Shown piece after piece: positions 23,405 through 33,798 of a stretch of DNA of 64,000 bases. A model generated the notes under the pieces. It was not told where the DNA came from, did no database searches, and saw only the letters and a program-made list of their open reading frames with translations. How positions within the stretch are numbered: position 1 is the stretch's first letter; every line of letters starts with the position of its first letter. This stretch comes from Candidatus Hydrogenedentota bacterium (GTDB lineage Bacteria; Hydrogenedentota; Hydrogenedentia; Hydrogenedentales; JAEUWI01): assembly GCA_034669905.1 (NCBI GenBank), contig JAXMOL010000004.1, positions 32,001 through 96,000 of the forward strand, read 5' to 3'. Position numbers and translations under genes: made by a program.

Positions 23405-24585
23405 CGGCTACTCAATTCTGCCCAGGAAAAGGGTACTACCTTGCCGCTGCGCAATACAGTAGGCCACACCTGATGGCAGGCCTGGTGCATCTCCGGTCCC
23501 AGCGCGAGCGGCGTGCCGAGACCGATATCAAAACTCCCCAGAGATTCCAGTCCATCGATAATGGATTCACGGGTCAGGGGGCCCTCTACAGTTTCCAGGC
23601 CGCGTGTCAGAATCTGACCAACAATATAGCCTTCCAGCGACCCGAAGGTGGGTGCAGGCGGTGTATCCAGGGCTGCCAGGGCCGCGTGATAGACCTGCAC
23701 GACAGGCAGGTCGGCATCAAGATGAGGAACGACCTGGGTAACGATTACACCGTCTCCCTGGGGGCCCAAGGCCTCCGCAAGGGGGGCAGAACCCACGAAT
23801 GAGACATTCAGGAATACCGCATCAAGCCCGATGTCCCGGGCAAGTCTTATGAAGGCCGCACAGGGTTCATACGCACCCACCATGATGACGGCCCGGACAG
23901 GAACTGCCGCAGCGAGAATATCGGCCAACCCGTTTTCTACGGCATCCGTGTTGCGCTCGTAACGCCCATGTGCGACCCGGATGTCATCCACCAGCCCATG
24001 ACGCTTCAGGGCCTCCAGGCCCCCTACATAGCCTGCGTCCCCATAGGAATCCCGCTGGGTGAAAAAGCCGATTTCGGAAACATCGATACCCCCTTCGGTA
24101 ATCAGTCCATCGACCATAGCGGCGGTCTCTTCCGCATAACTCGCCCGATAGTTAATGACGTAGCGGTCTGGGGGGGTGCGACGCAATACGCCTGCTCCCG
24201 TGTAGGCGCCGAACAACAAGGTTTTCTCACGATTTGCGATTGGCACCGACGCCACGGCAGTGGGTGTACCCACATTGCCGACCACTGCGAGCACCTTGTG
24301 TTCTTGTATGAGGGTCTGCATATGGGGGGCGGTGCGGCTCGGCTCGTACCCATCATCCAGCGCAATGAGTCGAAGTGTTCTGCCGTCTATTCCGCCCTTA
24401 CGGTTTGCTTCTGCCAAGGCGGCACGGACGCCGTCCAGCATGTTGAGCCCCAGTTTGGCGGCAGGGCCGGTGAGGGCGGTGGACATCCCAAGGGGAATTT
24501 CATTCTCAACCTGTGCCTGGACAGACCACCCAAGTAACACCGTAGCTGAAAGCAAGCAACGTAGCATGGACCCTTTTGCACGCAT
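23401..24585 (-). CDS. Periplasmic ligand-binding protein (type 1, LivJ-like)
   Basis: [33 protein letters not shown] motifs; signal peptide; ATGA overlap with the kinase. Confidence 0.85.
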
Positions 24586-24821
24586 AGAATTCCTCGTCGG
24601 GAAGGCGCACTGGGGCTTTCGTGCCCTGGCAAAAGACTGAAATGCCCGAAGTTACCTGTCCACTTCGTAATTAGCGACAATGCCGTACGAGTTTTTGACC
24701 GCTTTCAATATAACATGAATTACGCCAATATCGAAGACAATTAGAGCATGATAGTGGAAAAAGAGTGAAACCTGTGTTCCAAACAGAGACCGCGCGTCAA
24801 AGCTGGCCCCGGAGAGATACG

Positions 24822-24861
24822 AAAAAACCGACTGTCCAATTGCTTGGCTGGACAGCCGGTT
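24822..24861 (-). terminator. Rho-independent terminator of the spondin-domain gene
   Basis: Minus strand AACCGGCTGTCCA...TGGACAGTCGGTT stem running into a T tract. Confidence 0.7.
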
Positions 24862-24914
24862 ATTGACGGGAAAGGTTCCAAACCTATTCCGTCTGGAATA
24901 GGATCGATAAGCCG

Positions 24915-25682
24915 TTACAGGGCTGTAATGGTAATGAACGTCACCGGGCCGGACCAATCAAACGCCGCGGGGATATCACCTGCGCCGGTGATGCCAGTGT
25001 GGGCACTGATGGTGCCAACCGGATTGGTGCCCACGCGCTCATTGTCGCCGGGAACGTCATCGTCGGGCTCGTCTCCGGGAATAACCGCGGGCCCAAGAAT
25101 GGAGGCGCCATCATCAATGTTTTCGTCGAGCTCGTCGTTTTCTTCCGTTCCTGCGTCAAAACCCAGTCCAAAATAGAGCAGGGTGCCGCCCGGTGAGGGC
25201 AGGTTAACGCTGTCGACACCCCAGAAGCCGTCGTTGGTGCCGATTAACATGCTGGCCATCGATATGACGTCGCCGGGAACACCGTCGATAGTCACGATCT
25301 GCGTGTCCACGAGGTCGGCGCCGCCATCATCAAAAGGCCCGAAGCGGGGGACCGTCCGCCCCATGGACGGGAAAGGAATGCCCGAATTGACCACATCCGA
25401 TACATTGGCGGCCGCGTTCATTTCAGCCACCAATGTCGCGGGTGAGCCCAGTTCGGCCACTTCCTGAATTCCGGCACTGGCCGCCTCTCCATTGGTCCAG
25501 AAGCTGGTGGAGGCGGCGTGGGTGGCAAGGGCAACGGGCCCAAGGGGCTGGTTGCTGATATTACGGATCGTAATGACGTAACGGGTACTTCCGGGTGCGG
25601 GACAGCCCACGAGTGTGGCGGCGATACCAAGCGCCACGCAACCGGCAAGGGCACTTCGAAACACATTCTGTACGGGGAGCAT
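24915..25682 (-). CDS. Spondin_N domain lipoprotein
   Basis: Lipobox LVGC; QPLGP, ASAGIQEVAELG, SMASMLIGTNDGF, FDAGTE motifs. Confidence 0.78.
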   Translation of the reverse strand: MLPVQNVFRSALAGCVALGIAATLVGCPAPGSTRYVITIRNISNQPLGPVALATHAASTSFWTNGEAASAGIQEVAELGSPATLVAEMNAAANVSDVVNSGIPFPSMGRTVPRFGPFDDGGADLVDTQIVTIDGVPGDVISMASMLIGTNDGFWGVDSVNLPSPGGTLLYFGLGFDAGTEENDELDENIDDGASILGPAVIPGDEPDDDVPGDNERVGTNPVGTISAHTGITGAGDIPAAFDWSGPVTFITITAL

Positions 25683-25765
25683 CGTAGTTGATTCCTTCTA
25701 GGTAAGAACAAGGGTTAACTAGTGCATCATACTACGAAATACTTGGGTAATCTGTAAAGGATTAA

Positions 25766-26752
25766 TTACTTCTTTGGTGCCACCGTGTTTACCGGGCTCG
25801 GTGGCGTGGCCCCCTGGAGTACCGCAATAATGTTATCTGCCGCCAGATTGGCCATGGCCGCCCGGGTCTCCAGGGTGGAACTGCCGATATGGGGTAGCAA
25901 CACGATATTCTCCTGCGCGAGTAGGCCCGGATGAACCGTTGGTTCGTCTTCGAAGACATCCAGCCCGGCGGCGAAGATGGTCTTTTCCGTTAATGCGCGC
26001 GCAAGGGCATCTTCATCGACGACCGGTCCACGGGTTGTGTTGACGAATACGGCAGAGGATTTCATCGCGCGGAAGGTATCGCCGTTAAAGAGGTGGTGCG
26101 TTTCGTCAGTCAGGGGGCAATGGGGCGACACGATATCTGACTCAGCGAGGAGGGTGGGGAAATCCACATAGGTCAGGCCCAGGGTCTTTTCTTCCGCAGA
26201 TGAAAGTCGGGTGCGCGAGTGGTAGAGGACCTTCATATTGAAGGCAGCGGCGCGTCGGGCCACCGCTTTTCCGATTCGGCCGAGTCCATAAATGCCGAGC
26301 GTCTTCCCGAATACATCGACGCCGAGCATGAAGGTGGGGGACCAACTGGACCACGCGCCGGAGCGGAGGAAGTGCTCGGATTCCGTGAGTCGGCGGCAAG
26401 TGGCGAGAATCAAGGCGAAGGTAAGGTCGGCCGTGGTTTCCGTTAGTACATCGGGCGTATTGGATACGACAATGTGACGTTCAGTAGCGGCGTCCACGTC
26501 GATGTTGTTATACCCCACCGCCATGTTGGCGACGACACGCAATCCTTCACCCGCCATATCGAAGACTTCGCCATTCATGGATTCCGTTAACATGGACAGG
26601 ATGGCATCGGCCCCGGGGACACGGGCGATCAATTCATCACGCTGGATCGGTCGATCTTCGGGAAAGACGTCGACGCTGTCTTTTCCGAAAGCAGCCTCGA
26701 GCCGCTCAATGGCACTTTCGGGAGGACGACGGGTAATGAAAATCTTGGGCAT
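25766..26752 (-). CDS. D-glycerate dehydrogenase / glyoxylate reductase (D-2-hydroxyacid dehydrogenase)
   Basis: AVGYNNID, NTPDVLTETTAD, GLGRIG, NTTRGPVVDE, DVFEDEP, LPHIGS. Confidence 0.9.
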   Translation of the reverse strand: MPKIFITRRPPESAIERLEAAFGKDSVDVFPEDRPIQRDELIARVPGADAILSMLTESMNGEVFDMAGEGLRVVANMAVGYNNIDVDAATERHIVVSNTPDVLTETTADLTFALILATCRRLTESEHFLRSGAWSSWSPTFMLGVDVFGKTLGIYGLGRIGKAVARRAAAFNMKVLYHSRTRLSSAEEKTLGLTYVDFPTLLAESDIVSPHCPLTDETHHLFNGDTFRAMKSSAVFVNTTRGPVVDEDALARALTEKTIFAAGLDVFEDEPTVHPGLLAQENIVLLPHIGSSTLETRAAMANLAADNIIAVLQGATPPSPVNTVAPKK

Positions 26753-26846
26753 GGAATTCTCCTACTGTCAGGCACGTGTGAGGAATCGTAGAGCGCACAG
26801 GGTGACACAACGAATCGGCGTGGCTCAAGCTATGGCATGGAAAGAC

Positions 26847-27419
26847 TCACGAAGGGTCTTCTTCGAGTTCCAGGAAGGCCTCTACACGGGACACGGCGAG
26901 CGCGGCATCGGATTCCGAGGAAAAGGCGCGTTTGGGAATGATGAAGGCATTGATCCCGCCCATGAAGAGATAGATGGCCTCCGGGGTTTCCGCGATGTCA
27001 GCGACATTTTCCCAATCCAGACGCCCGATCCCCCGGTGGGTTTCGACCGTCATTCCATCGGTCTCCAGCTGTATATCGGTTTCGGTGAACATTCCCTTCT
27101 GCGGCGACATTCTCAAGGCCGCCTGGGCGATGCTGGGCCAGAGGCGGGTAATGCCATACCAATAGCCACCGCCAAGCAGAACCCCGGATATAACCATGTA
27201 GGCCGCGAAGTAGCCCGGGTGAGCGATCCCGAATTTCGGATGATCATACTCCCGCCATACGAAGAGCAGGAAGGCCGCCACACCGATAGCGTAGAGCCGT
27301 CGCATATGCCGACGGCCCGTCATCGTATGGGCGTAAAAATAACGCAGGTATTGCTCGTAATCCGTCCCCGTCAGGGTGAATCGGGCCGTAATTTCGCGCG
27401 CAGGGTCATCTGGAGCCAT
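26847..27419 (-). CDS. YcxB family membrane protein
   Basis: Two TM helices followed by W...ET...IIPKRAF motif. Confidence 0.7.
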   Translation of the reverse strand: MAPDDPAREITARFTLTGTDYEQYLRYFYAHTMTGRRHMRRLYAIGVAAFLLFVWREYDHPKFGIAHPGYFAAYMVISGVLLGGGYWYGITRLWPSIAQAALRMSPQKGMFTETDIQLETDGMTVETHRGIGRLDWENVADIAETPEAIYLFMGGINAFIIPKRAFSSESDAALAVSRVEAFLELEEDPS

Positions 27420-27434
27420 ATCAGTACCTCTATG

Positions 27435-27468
27435 AACAACGCCCCAGAGGGCTCTCCGGGGCGTTGTT
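27435..27468. terminator. Hairpin downstream of gnd
   Basis: AACAACGCCCC / GGGGCGTTGTT perfect 11-bp inverted repeat. Confidence 0.6.
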
Positions 27469-27491
27469 GTTCGCATGAAACTATCGTAACA

Positions 27492-28949
27492 CTATACGTT
27501 ATAGGTCGTCGAAGCCGTATCGCCACCACGTCCCGTCCAATTGGTGTGGAAGAACTCGCCACGGGGCTTGTCCAGGCGCTCATAGGTGTGGGCACCGAAG
27601 TAGTCCCGCTGTCCCTGGAGCAGGTTCGCCGGGAGAACCTCTGCCCGGTAGCTGTCGTAGTAGGAAATGGCGGAGGAAAGACAGGGCATGGGAATGCCGG
27701 CCTTTACCGCTTCGGAGACAACCCACCGAAGTGCCGGCTGGGCTTTGTCCACCGCGTCCTTGAAGTACGGCACCAACAGCAGGTTTACGCAGTTGGGATC
27801 GTTATCAAAGGCCTTCTTGATTTCATCCAGGAACTGGGCCCGGATGATGCAGCCGCCACGCCACATGAGGGCGATATCACCGTAATTGAGGTCCCAGCCG
27901 TTTTCTTTGGCAGCGTACTGGATGAGCTGATAGCCCTGCGCATAGGAGCAGATTTTGGCCATGTAAAGGGCCAGGCGAAGATTCTCCAGGGCCTCGGCCT
28001 TGTCGACGGAGAGTGTCGTGCCTTCGGGACCGGTAAGAATCTTGGAGGCCGCTACGCGCTCGTCTTTCACCGCGGAAAGGCAGCGGGCGAACACGGCTTC
28101 CGCAACGGTGGGTACCGGCGCACCGAGGTCGAGACCGCTGGTGGAGGTCCACTTCCCCGTACCCTTCTGGCCGGCCGTATCCAGGATGACGTCCACCATG
28201 GGCTTTCCGGTCTCATCATCGGTCTTGGCCAGAATCTCCGCCGTGATCTCGATGAGATAGCTGTCCAGTTCGGTCTTGTTCCATTCGGCAAAAACTTCCG
28301 CCTGCTCAGAAGCCGACATGCCCAGGAGGTTTTTCATGACGGAATAGACTTCGCAGATCATCTGCATGTCGCCATACTCGATGCCATTGTGCACCATTTT
28401 CACATAGTGGCCGGCACCGTCGGCGCCGATATACTCGCAGCAGGGGGAGCCGTCAGCCACTTTGGCGGAAATGGATTGGAAGATGTCCTTTACGTGCGTC
28501 CAGGCTTCTTTGGAGCCACCGGGCATGATGGAGGGCCCCATGAGCGCGCCTTCTTCGCCACCGGAGACGCCGGTACCGATAAAGAGTAAGCCCTTTTCTT
28601 CGAGGTACTTTGCACGGCGAATGGTGTCGGGGAAGTAGGTGTTACCCCCGTCAATGATAATATCCCCCTTCTCAAGGTGGGGGATAAGCTGTTCGATAAA
28701 GGCGTCGACCGCATCACCGGCCTTGACCAGCATCATGACGCGGCGCGGCCGTTCCAGGCTGGCGCAGAGCTCTTCGATGCTGTGGCATCCCTTGATGTTC
28801 TTGCCCTTGGCACGCCCCTCTACAAAGGCATCTACTTTGGCTACGGTGCGATTGTACACCGCCACGCCATAACCGTTGCGCTCCATATTGAGCACCAGGT
28901 TTTCGCCCATAACTGCCAGGCCGATCAGGCCGATATTCATTGTATCCAT
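27492..28949 (-). CDS. gndA: 6-phosphogluconate dehydrogenase, decarboxylating (NADP+)
   Basis: [58 protein letters not shown]. Confidence 0.96.
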   Translation of the reverse strand: MDTMNIGLIGLAVMGENLVLNMERNGYGVAVYNRTVAKVDAFVEGRAKGKNIKGCHSIEELCASLERPRRVMMLVKAGDAVDAFIEQLIPHLEKGDIIIDGGNTYFPDTIRRAKYLEEKGLLFIGTGVSGGEEGALMGPSIMPGGSKEAWTHVKDIFQSISAKVADGSPCCEYIGADGAGHYVKMVHNGIEYGDMQMICEVYSVMKNLLGMSASEQAEVFAEWNKTELDSYLIEITAEILAKTDDETGKPMVDVILDTAGQKGTGKWTSTSGLDLGAPVPTVAEAVFARCLSAVKDERVAASKILTGPEGTTLSVDKAEALENLRLALYMAKICSYAQGYQLIQYAAKENGWDLNYGDIALMWRGGCIIRAQFLDEIKKAFDNDPNCVNLLLVPYFKDAVDKAQPALRWVVSEAVKAGIPMPCLSSAISYYDSYRAEVLPANLLQGQRDYFGAHTYERLDKPRGEFFHTNWTGRGGDTASTTYNV

Positions 28950-29064
28950 TGGTATCCGATCTCCGGGTTTTCGTCTGGTTGGTGGTTTCCTGTGGGCGCA
29001 CATACAACCGGTGTCGCGGCGCACCACATGCCGTATTGTTGTTCAACCCCGACGTATTGCGTGA

Positions 29065-29283
29065 TTAGCTTGGCTGAAAGCCTGCGGCGCGCTGCCGTTC
29101 TGCGGGGCGCCGAAAGTGGTGGACGATACAGGTCGTCTTGCTTTCCAACTCCAGCGGTGTGACATGCGAGAGCTCCCAACCCTCCTGTCCCATCGCGTTC
29201 AACTGTTCGTCCATCGTGTCATCATGAACGTGACCGTTGAACACGTTGATGGGCAATGTCTTATATTCCCAACCTTGAGGCAT
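29065..29283 (-). CDS. DUF4177-like small protein
   Basis: WEYK..LNAMGQEGWEL..FRRP pattern; GGAG RBS. Confidence 0.7.
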   Translation of the reverse strand: MPQGWEYKTLPINVFNGHVHDDTMDEQLNAMGQEGWELSHVTPLELESKTTCIVHHFRRPAERQRAAGFQPS

Positions 29284-29298
29284 GTGTTTTCTCCCAAT

Positions 29299-30591
29299 CT
29301 ATCCCTGTTCGCGTGCGGCCTGCAACTCATAGGCAGGTAGTTTCTTGTCGGCGAACTTCTTCACAAAACGCGTAAAGCGTTGACGTCCGCCGATGACGGG
29401 TACACTGGGCCAATCCTCGCCGATGAGGGGCGTAGCATAGTCCAGAAATTCATCGGTCACATCGATTTTATTGTCGGCGATCCACTCCGCCGGGAAGGTG
29501 CGCTCTGAGTTGGCGACCTTCTCCAGGGGAACCTTATCATATTCCACATTGTAGATCAGACCCGGTGCGCGGAGGATGGTCGACATCCAGCCGTTCTCCC
29601 CACTGGCTGCGATCTCCGCCGCTTTCTGACCGACACGGTAGGCTTCGTCCAGGTCGACGATGGATGCATACGCGCAGGTATCGCGCTGATCACACCCGGG
29701 AACCTGGCCCCGTGCCGCGCCACGGGCGGCGAGACCTTTGTCATTCAGCAGGTTAACAACCTTCTGGGCTACGGTCAATTTGGAGGCACCAAACTGGGCG
29801 TGTCCGAAGGAGTCTTTTACTTCGCCGAGATCGCCCACATCAAAGCCTTCACTGACGACCACGACACATCGGCCATCGGTCTTCAGTTGGTCATTGATAT
29901 TGTCGCACATTTCTTCGGGGCTCACATCCGATTCGCGCATATAAATCTGGAGGGGCATCTCCCGCTTCGGGTCGGCCAATCGGGCGGCTGCCGGGATATA
30001 GCCAATCTTGCGGCCCATAGCCTGCAACACCAGGACCGGGTCAGCAGGGCAGGAGCCGGCATTTTCTTCGTTCGCATTCTGAACGATGCCCATCCAATAG
30101 CGGGCCACACTGCCGTAACCGGGCGTGTGATCAATGAGCTTGAACTCCGAATCGCCCACATCGTTGTCGATGGTTTTCGGGACGCCCACCGCAATGAGGT
30201 CCAGCCCTTTTTCCTTGGCGAGGAGAGCGACCTTGTTGGCCGTATCCATGGAATCGTTGCCGCCATTGTAGAAGAAGTACCCGATGTCGTGGGCCTTCAT
30301 CACCTCAATAAGCCGATCGAAATCTTCGTTTTGATGATCTTTGAGCTTGTATCGGCAGGTTCCGATCGCGCCCGCCGCGGGCGTGTAGCGGAGCAGGGCT
30401 ACTTCATCTTCACTCTGCGCCGAAAGATTGAGCAACTCTTCTTTGAGCACCCCTTCAATTCCGTGCCAGCCGCCGTATATCGTCCCAAAGGTATCGGGGA
30501 AGGCCTTACAACCGTCGATGACACCGCGTAGCGAGCTGTTGATTACCGGACTGGGACCGCCGGACTGCGCCACGATTACGTTTTTTCCCAT
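29299..30591 (-). CDS. PfkA-family phosphofructokinase, probably pyrophosphate-dependent
   Basis: QSGGPSPVIN, GTCR, GGNDSMDT, PKTIDND, MGR motifs. Confidence 0.88.
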   Translation of the reverse strand: MGKNVIVAQSGGPSPVINSSLRGVIDGCKAFPDTFGTIYGGWHGIEGVLKEELLNLSAQSEDEVALLRYTPAAGAIGTCRYKLKDHQNEDFDRLIEVMKAHDIGYFFYNGGNDSMDTANKVALLAKEKGLDLIAVGVPKTIDNDVGDSEFKLIDHTPGYGSVARYWMGIVQNANEENAGSCPADPVLVLQAMGRKIGYIPAAARLADPKREMPLQIYMRESDVSPEEMCDNINDQLKTDGRCVVVVSEGFDVGDLGEVKDSFGHAQFGASKLTVAQKVVNLLNDKGLAARGAARGQVPGCDQRDTCAYASIVDLDEAYRVGQKAAEIAASGENGWMSTILRAPGLIYNVEYDKVPLEKVANSERTFPAEWIADNKIDVTDEFLDYATPLIGEDWPSVPVIGGRQRFTRFVKKFADKKLPAYELQAAREQG

Positions 30592-30669
30592 GGTCAACTT
30601 CCTTTCCGCTATTTGGCAGACCAGGTGTCTGCCGGAGGCGAAGTGGCCGACACCGCTTCGTCTTCGTTA

Positions 30670-31317
30670 CTACTCTGACTTCACATCTTCCTGCGGTGGG
30701 CCCGTTTCCGAATGGGCGCCCCCGTCGGAAAACCAACGCATCAAAAAGCCTCGGTTCTTATCCAACATACAGGCCTTAACATAGTGGGCTGGCGGATAAT
30801 CTGGAAACTCGGCCAGCACGTGATTGATGGCTTGAACTCCGGCCAGTTTGCCATCACGCAAATATACCGCCACCGCCTCATAAAGACGTAATTCGGGCAC
30901 CAAATCGGCAGAAGACGCCCGCTTGGCTATGCCCGTAAGGGTGCGATCATAGGCCAGATTGGCGGCTTCCCGGTTCCCCAACTGGTCCCATAGTATACCT
31001 TCCAGCAGGTGGGCCTGTACATAGGCGGGCGATCGGGCGCCGAGTTTGGAACAAATCTCCAGCGCCTCTTCAACCCGTCCCGTGCGTCCGAGCAGGGTGG
31101 CGTAGACCCAGGCCGCCTCATCATAGTCGGGGTCCGTATTGCAGGCCGCACCGGCCAGCGACGTAGCCTCTTCGACCTTCCCCGAGGCCAGCTCTAATGC
31201 CGCCCGCTCGAGGAGTCGCAGGGCTTCCTGTTTCGGCACATAGGCGGCGGGCTCGGCGTCTGGATAACAGGCGCCCAGCAGGGGCAGCAGGGCGAAAAGG
31301 ACCCACGGACGCGCCAT
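30670..31317 (-). CDS. TPR-repeat lipoprotein
   Basis: Lipobox LLGAC followed by TPR-like helices; start overlaps the LarA-family stop. Confidence 0.65.
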   Translation of the reverse strand: MARPWVLFALLPLLGACYPDAEPAAYVPKQEALRLLERAALELASGKVEEATSLAGAACNTDPDYDEAAWVYATLLGRTGRVEEALEICSKLGARSPAYVQAHLLEGILWDQLGNREAANLAYDRTLTGIAKRASSADLVPELRLYEAVAVYLRDGKLAGVQAINHVLAEFPDYPPAHYVKACMLDKNRGFLMRWFSDGGAHSETGPPQEDVKSE

Positions 31318-32570
31318 CAGGTCTCCTTAATCCGATAGAGGATTTCTCCCGCATTGTGGACGACAAGGATACCCTCGTCCTCCCGGTTCTCATAGGCGGC
31401 TACATCGATGGTAGTGATGTCCCGGTATCCCAGGTTAATGGAGGTGCAGACTTCTTCCGGAATCGAGGTCGCCAGGGTAACGTTGACCCGGGGGGTCTCC
31501 ACCCCGTCTTCATAGTGCCCCGCACCCTTCACGTGGGTGGAATGTGCCTTGATCGTGCCTGGAATATCTTTGAAGCGTTCGGTCTGTTTGGTGAAGTAAT
31601 CCCGCACGTGGTAGCCGACCTGCTTGATCAATTTGTCGTGGGTTACGCTGACCTCGTGGATGTGGTCTCCGTAGATAATCAGTTCTCCGCCATCGGCCAC
31701 CACCGGCTCCAGTTTGTACATGCACTTGCCTGCCACCCAGATCTCGTCATACATGGGCGGCGCCAGGGCCAGCACCGTGTGGAAGGGCTTATCTTTGTAG
31801 ACGATATGGGTCTCTTTGGAGAGATCGGCCGCGGCGCTCCAAGCGTCCAGCGGTTTCCCGTAAAAGACAGCACGGGTGTCTTTGCGTTTTACCGTGAGAC
31901 AGAAACATCGGGTATCCACGGGTACCAGACTGGCTGCCTTGTTGATCACCGCGCGCACGGGCGTGTCTTTTGTCCCGTTGATACTGTAATTGGTAATCAA
32001 CGCGCCCAGCCAGTGGAACACGTCCAGAATGGCTTCGCCTGCGATGCCGGGAAAGAAATACTTGAAGCCACCGCTGAAACCGACCACCTCGTGGGGAAAA
32101 ACCGGGCCCACAATACAAACGAGATCGTAATCGAGCACCCGCTTATTGATCGTTACGTCCACCGATTCCCGGAGCAAGCCACCAGAGATTTCTTCGATCT
32201 CATCTTCGCTAATCGTGCCTACCGTCGTGAGAGAGTCGGGGTCCTGCCAGGCGTGGTTATATACATCGACAGCGCCATAGGTGGTTTTCCGTTCCTCCGC
32301 AGTGACACCGAGCATGCGGTTGATAGCGTCTTCCGGCATGGGGGGATGGGTGCCCAAGGCGATGAGGTAGTCCATCTTACTGACTCTTTCGCCCAATTCC
32401 TGGTAGAGGGTACGGAAGAGCAGGGGGAGCGGCATGCTTCGGGTCGCATCGGGAATAATAAACAGGACCCGCTTTTCGTCCACATCCATTGCGGCGCAGG
32501 CCTCGGAGAAGACCGCGTGGATCTCGGACTCCGAGAGGAACTCGTTTTCGGCGACTTTTTGGATGAGCAT
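31317..32570 (-). CDS. LarA-family (nickel-pincer-dependent) hydroxyacid racemase/epimerase
   Basis: IPDATR, IALGTHPPM, YNH, PHEVVGFSGGFKYFFPGIAG motifs. Confidence 0.85.
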   Translation of the reverse strand: MLIQKVAENEFLSESEIHAVFSEACAAMDVDEKRVLFIIPDATRSMPLPLLFRTLYQELGERVSKMDYLIALGTHPPMPEDAINRMLGVTAEERKTTYGAVDVYNHAWQDPDSLTTVGTISEDEIEEISGGLLRESVDVTINKRVLDYDLVCIVGPVFPHEVVGFSGGFKYFFPGIAGEAILDVFHWLGALITNYSINGTKDTPVRAVINKAASLVPVDTRCFCLTVKRKDTRAVFYGKPLDAWSAAADLSKETHIVYKDKPFHTVLALAPPMYDEIWVAGKCMYKLEPVVADGGELIIYGDHIHEVSVTHDKLIKQVGYHVRDYFTKQTERFKDIPGTIKAHSTHVKGAGHYEDGVETPRVNVTLATSIPEEVCTSINLGYRDITTIDVAAYENREDEGILVVHNAGEILYRIKET

Positions 32571-32641
32571 AGGAGGATGCCTTTGTGGTGTTGTTTGCGT
32601 TGCGAATCTGGGATACTTCAGGAAATTCCCCGGGCAACGGG

Positions 32642-33775
32642 TCAGTCTATACGAAAACCAATGCCCTTGAGCTGTTCACGGAACGCGGAAGCGCAGTGGG
32701 CACAGGTTACGCGTGTATTGTAAAACTCCCGACGACGGGGGTACGTCTTTCGAAGCATGTCAAAGTAGGCCTTCCGACCTTCTGGCGACTCGTCTGCGAT
32801 GGCGCGCATGCGACCATCATCTTCCCGTATAGGATACAACGTGTCGACCAGGGGTTTGAGTGACGTCGTGTCGGCCGACGGACTCAAGACAGGGTGTTCG
32901 GGCTCCGGTAAGAGCGGGTCCGGATTCCAGGTGGCCGGGATGCCAAGATACTGGCAGGCCGCCTCATAGATTTGCACCGTTCCCTTTACCTTGCCGTCAA
33001 AGGAATACCCGGCGATATGGGGGGAGGCGAGGTCCACGGCCGCGAGTAGTTCCAAGTCCACTTCGGGCTCATATTCCCATACATCCAGCACGGCCCCCTG
33101 GATATGGCCTGACTTCAGCGCCGCAAGGAGCGCGTCATTGTGGACGACCGGACCCCGCGCGGTATTGATAAGGAATGAGCCGGGTTTCAGGGCCTTGAGA
33201 AAGGCCTCGTCCACCAGGTGGCGGGTTGCGTAGGGCCCGTCGTTGGTCAGGGGTACGTGGGTCGTGACGATATCGCAGTTCAGGATTGCTTCTAAGGGGC
33301 GAAATTGTGCGTCACCACTGGCCTCGGCCCGCGGCGGGTCGTTCAGGACGACCTTCATACCCAACGCCGCAGCCTTCTTGGCGACGTTAGAGCCCACATT
33401 GCCAACACCCACGATGCCGATCGACTTGTCCGCGAGTTCGAAGGAATAGGTCTCCGCAAGGTGCAGAAGCGACGCCACCAGGTACTCACCGACACTATTG
33501 GCATTGCAACCCGGCGCACTGGAGAAGCCAATTTGCTTACGCTCCAGGTATTCCCGGTCTATGTGGTCTTCACCGATCGTCGCCGTGGCGACGAAGCGTA
33601 CGGCGGAGTCCCGGAGCAGGGCCTCATTGACTTGGGTAACCGAACGTACCAGCAGCATTTCGGCATCCCGTACGTCCCCGGAAGAAATCTCCCGGCCCGG
33701 CCTCAGGGTGACCTCGCCCAGCCCTGAGAAAGCCTCAGCGACATAGCGAATATTTTCATCGGCAACGATTTTCAT
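32642..33775 (-). CDS. pdxB: Erythronate-4-phosphate dehydrogenase
   Basis: MKIVADENI, LLVRSVT, TATIGEDHID, APGCNA, GVGNVG, DVWEYEP, PHIAGYS, FDMLRKTYPRRRE. Confidence 0.9.
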   Translation of the reverse strand: MKIVADENIRYVAEAFSGLGEVTLRPGREISSGDVRDAEMLLVRSVTQVNEALLRDSAVRFVATATIGEDHIDREYLERKQIGFSSAPGCNANSVGEYLVASLLHLAETYSFELADKSIGIVGVGNVGSNVAKKAAALGMKVVLNDPPRAEASGDAQFRPLEAILNCDIVTTHVPLTNDGPYATRHLVDEAFLKALKPGSFLINTARGPVVHNDALLAALKSGHIQGAVLDVWEYEPEVDLELLAAVDLASPHIAGYSFDGKVKGTVQIYEAACQYLGIPATWNPDPLLPEPEHPVLSPSADTTSLKPLVDTLYPIREDDGRMRAIADESPEGRKAYFDMLRKTYPRRREFYNTRVTCAHCASAFREQLKGIGFRID

Positions 33776-33798
33776 AACGTTCCTAACCGCAATGCGGC

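Noticed and set aside
26502..28589. 695-aa plus-strand ORF across gnd, ycxB and the dehydrogenase
   Set aside because: Antisense to three recognisable genes with no recognisable domain
31197..32723. 508-aa ORF antisense to the LarA-family gene
   Set aside because: Shadow ORF with no independent evidence
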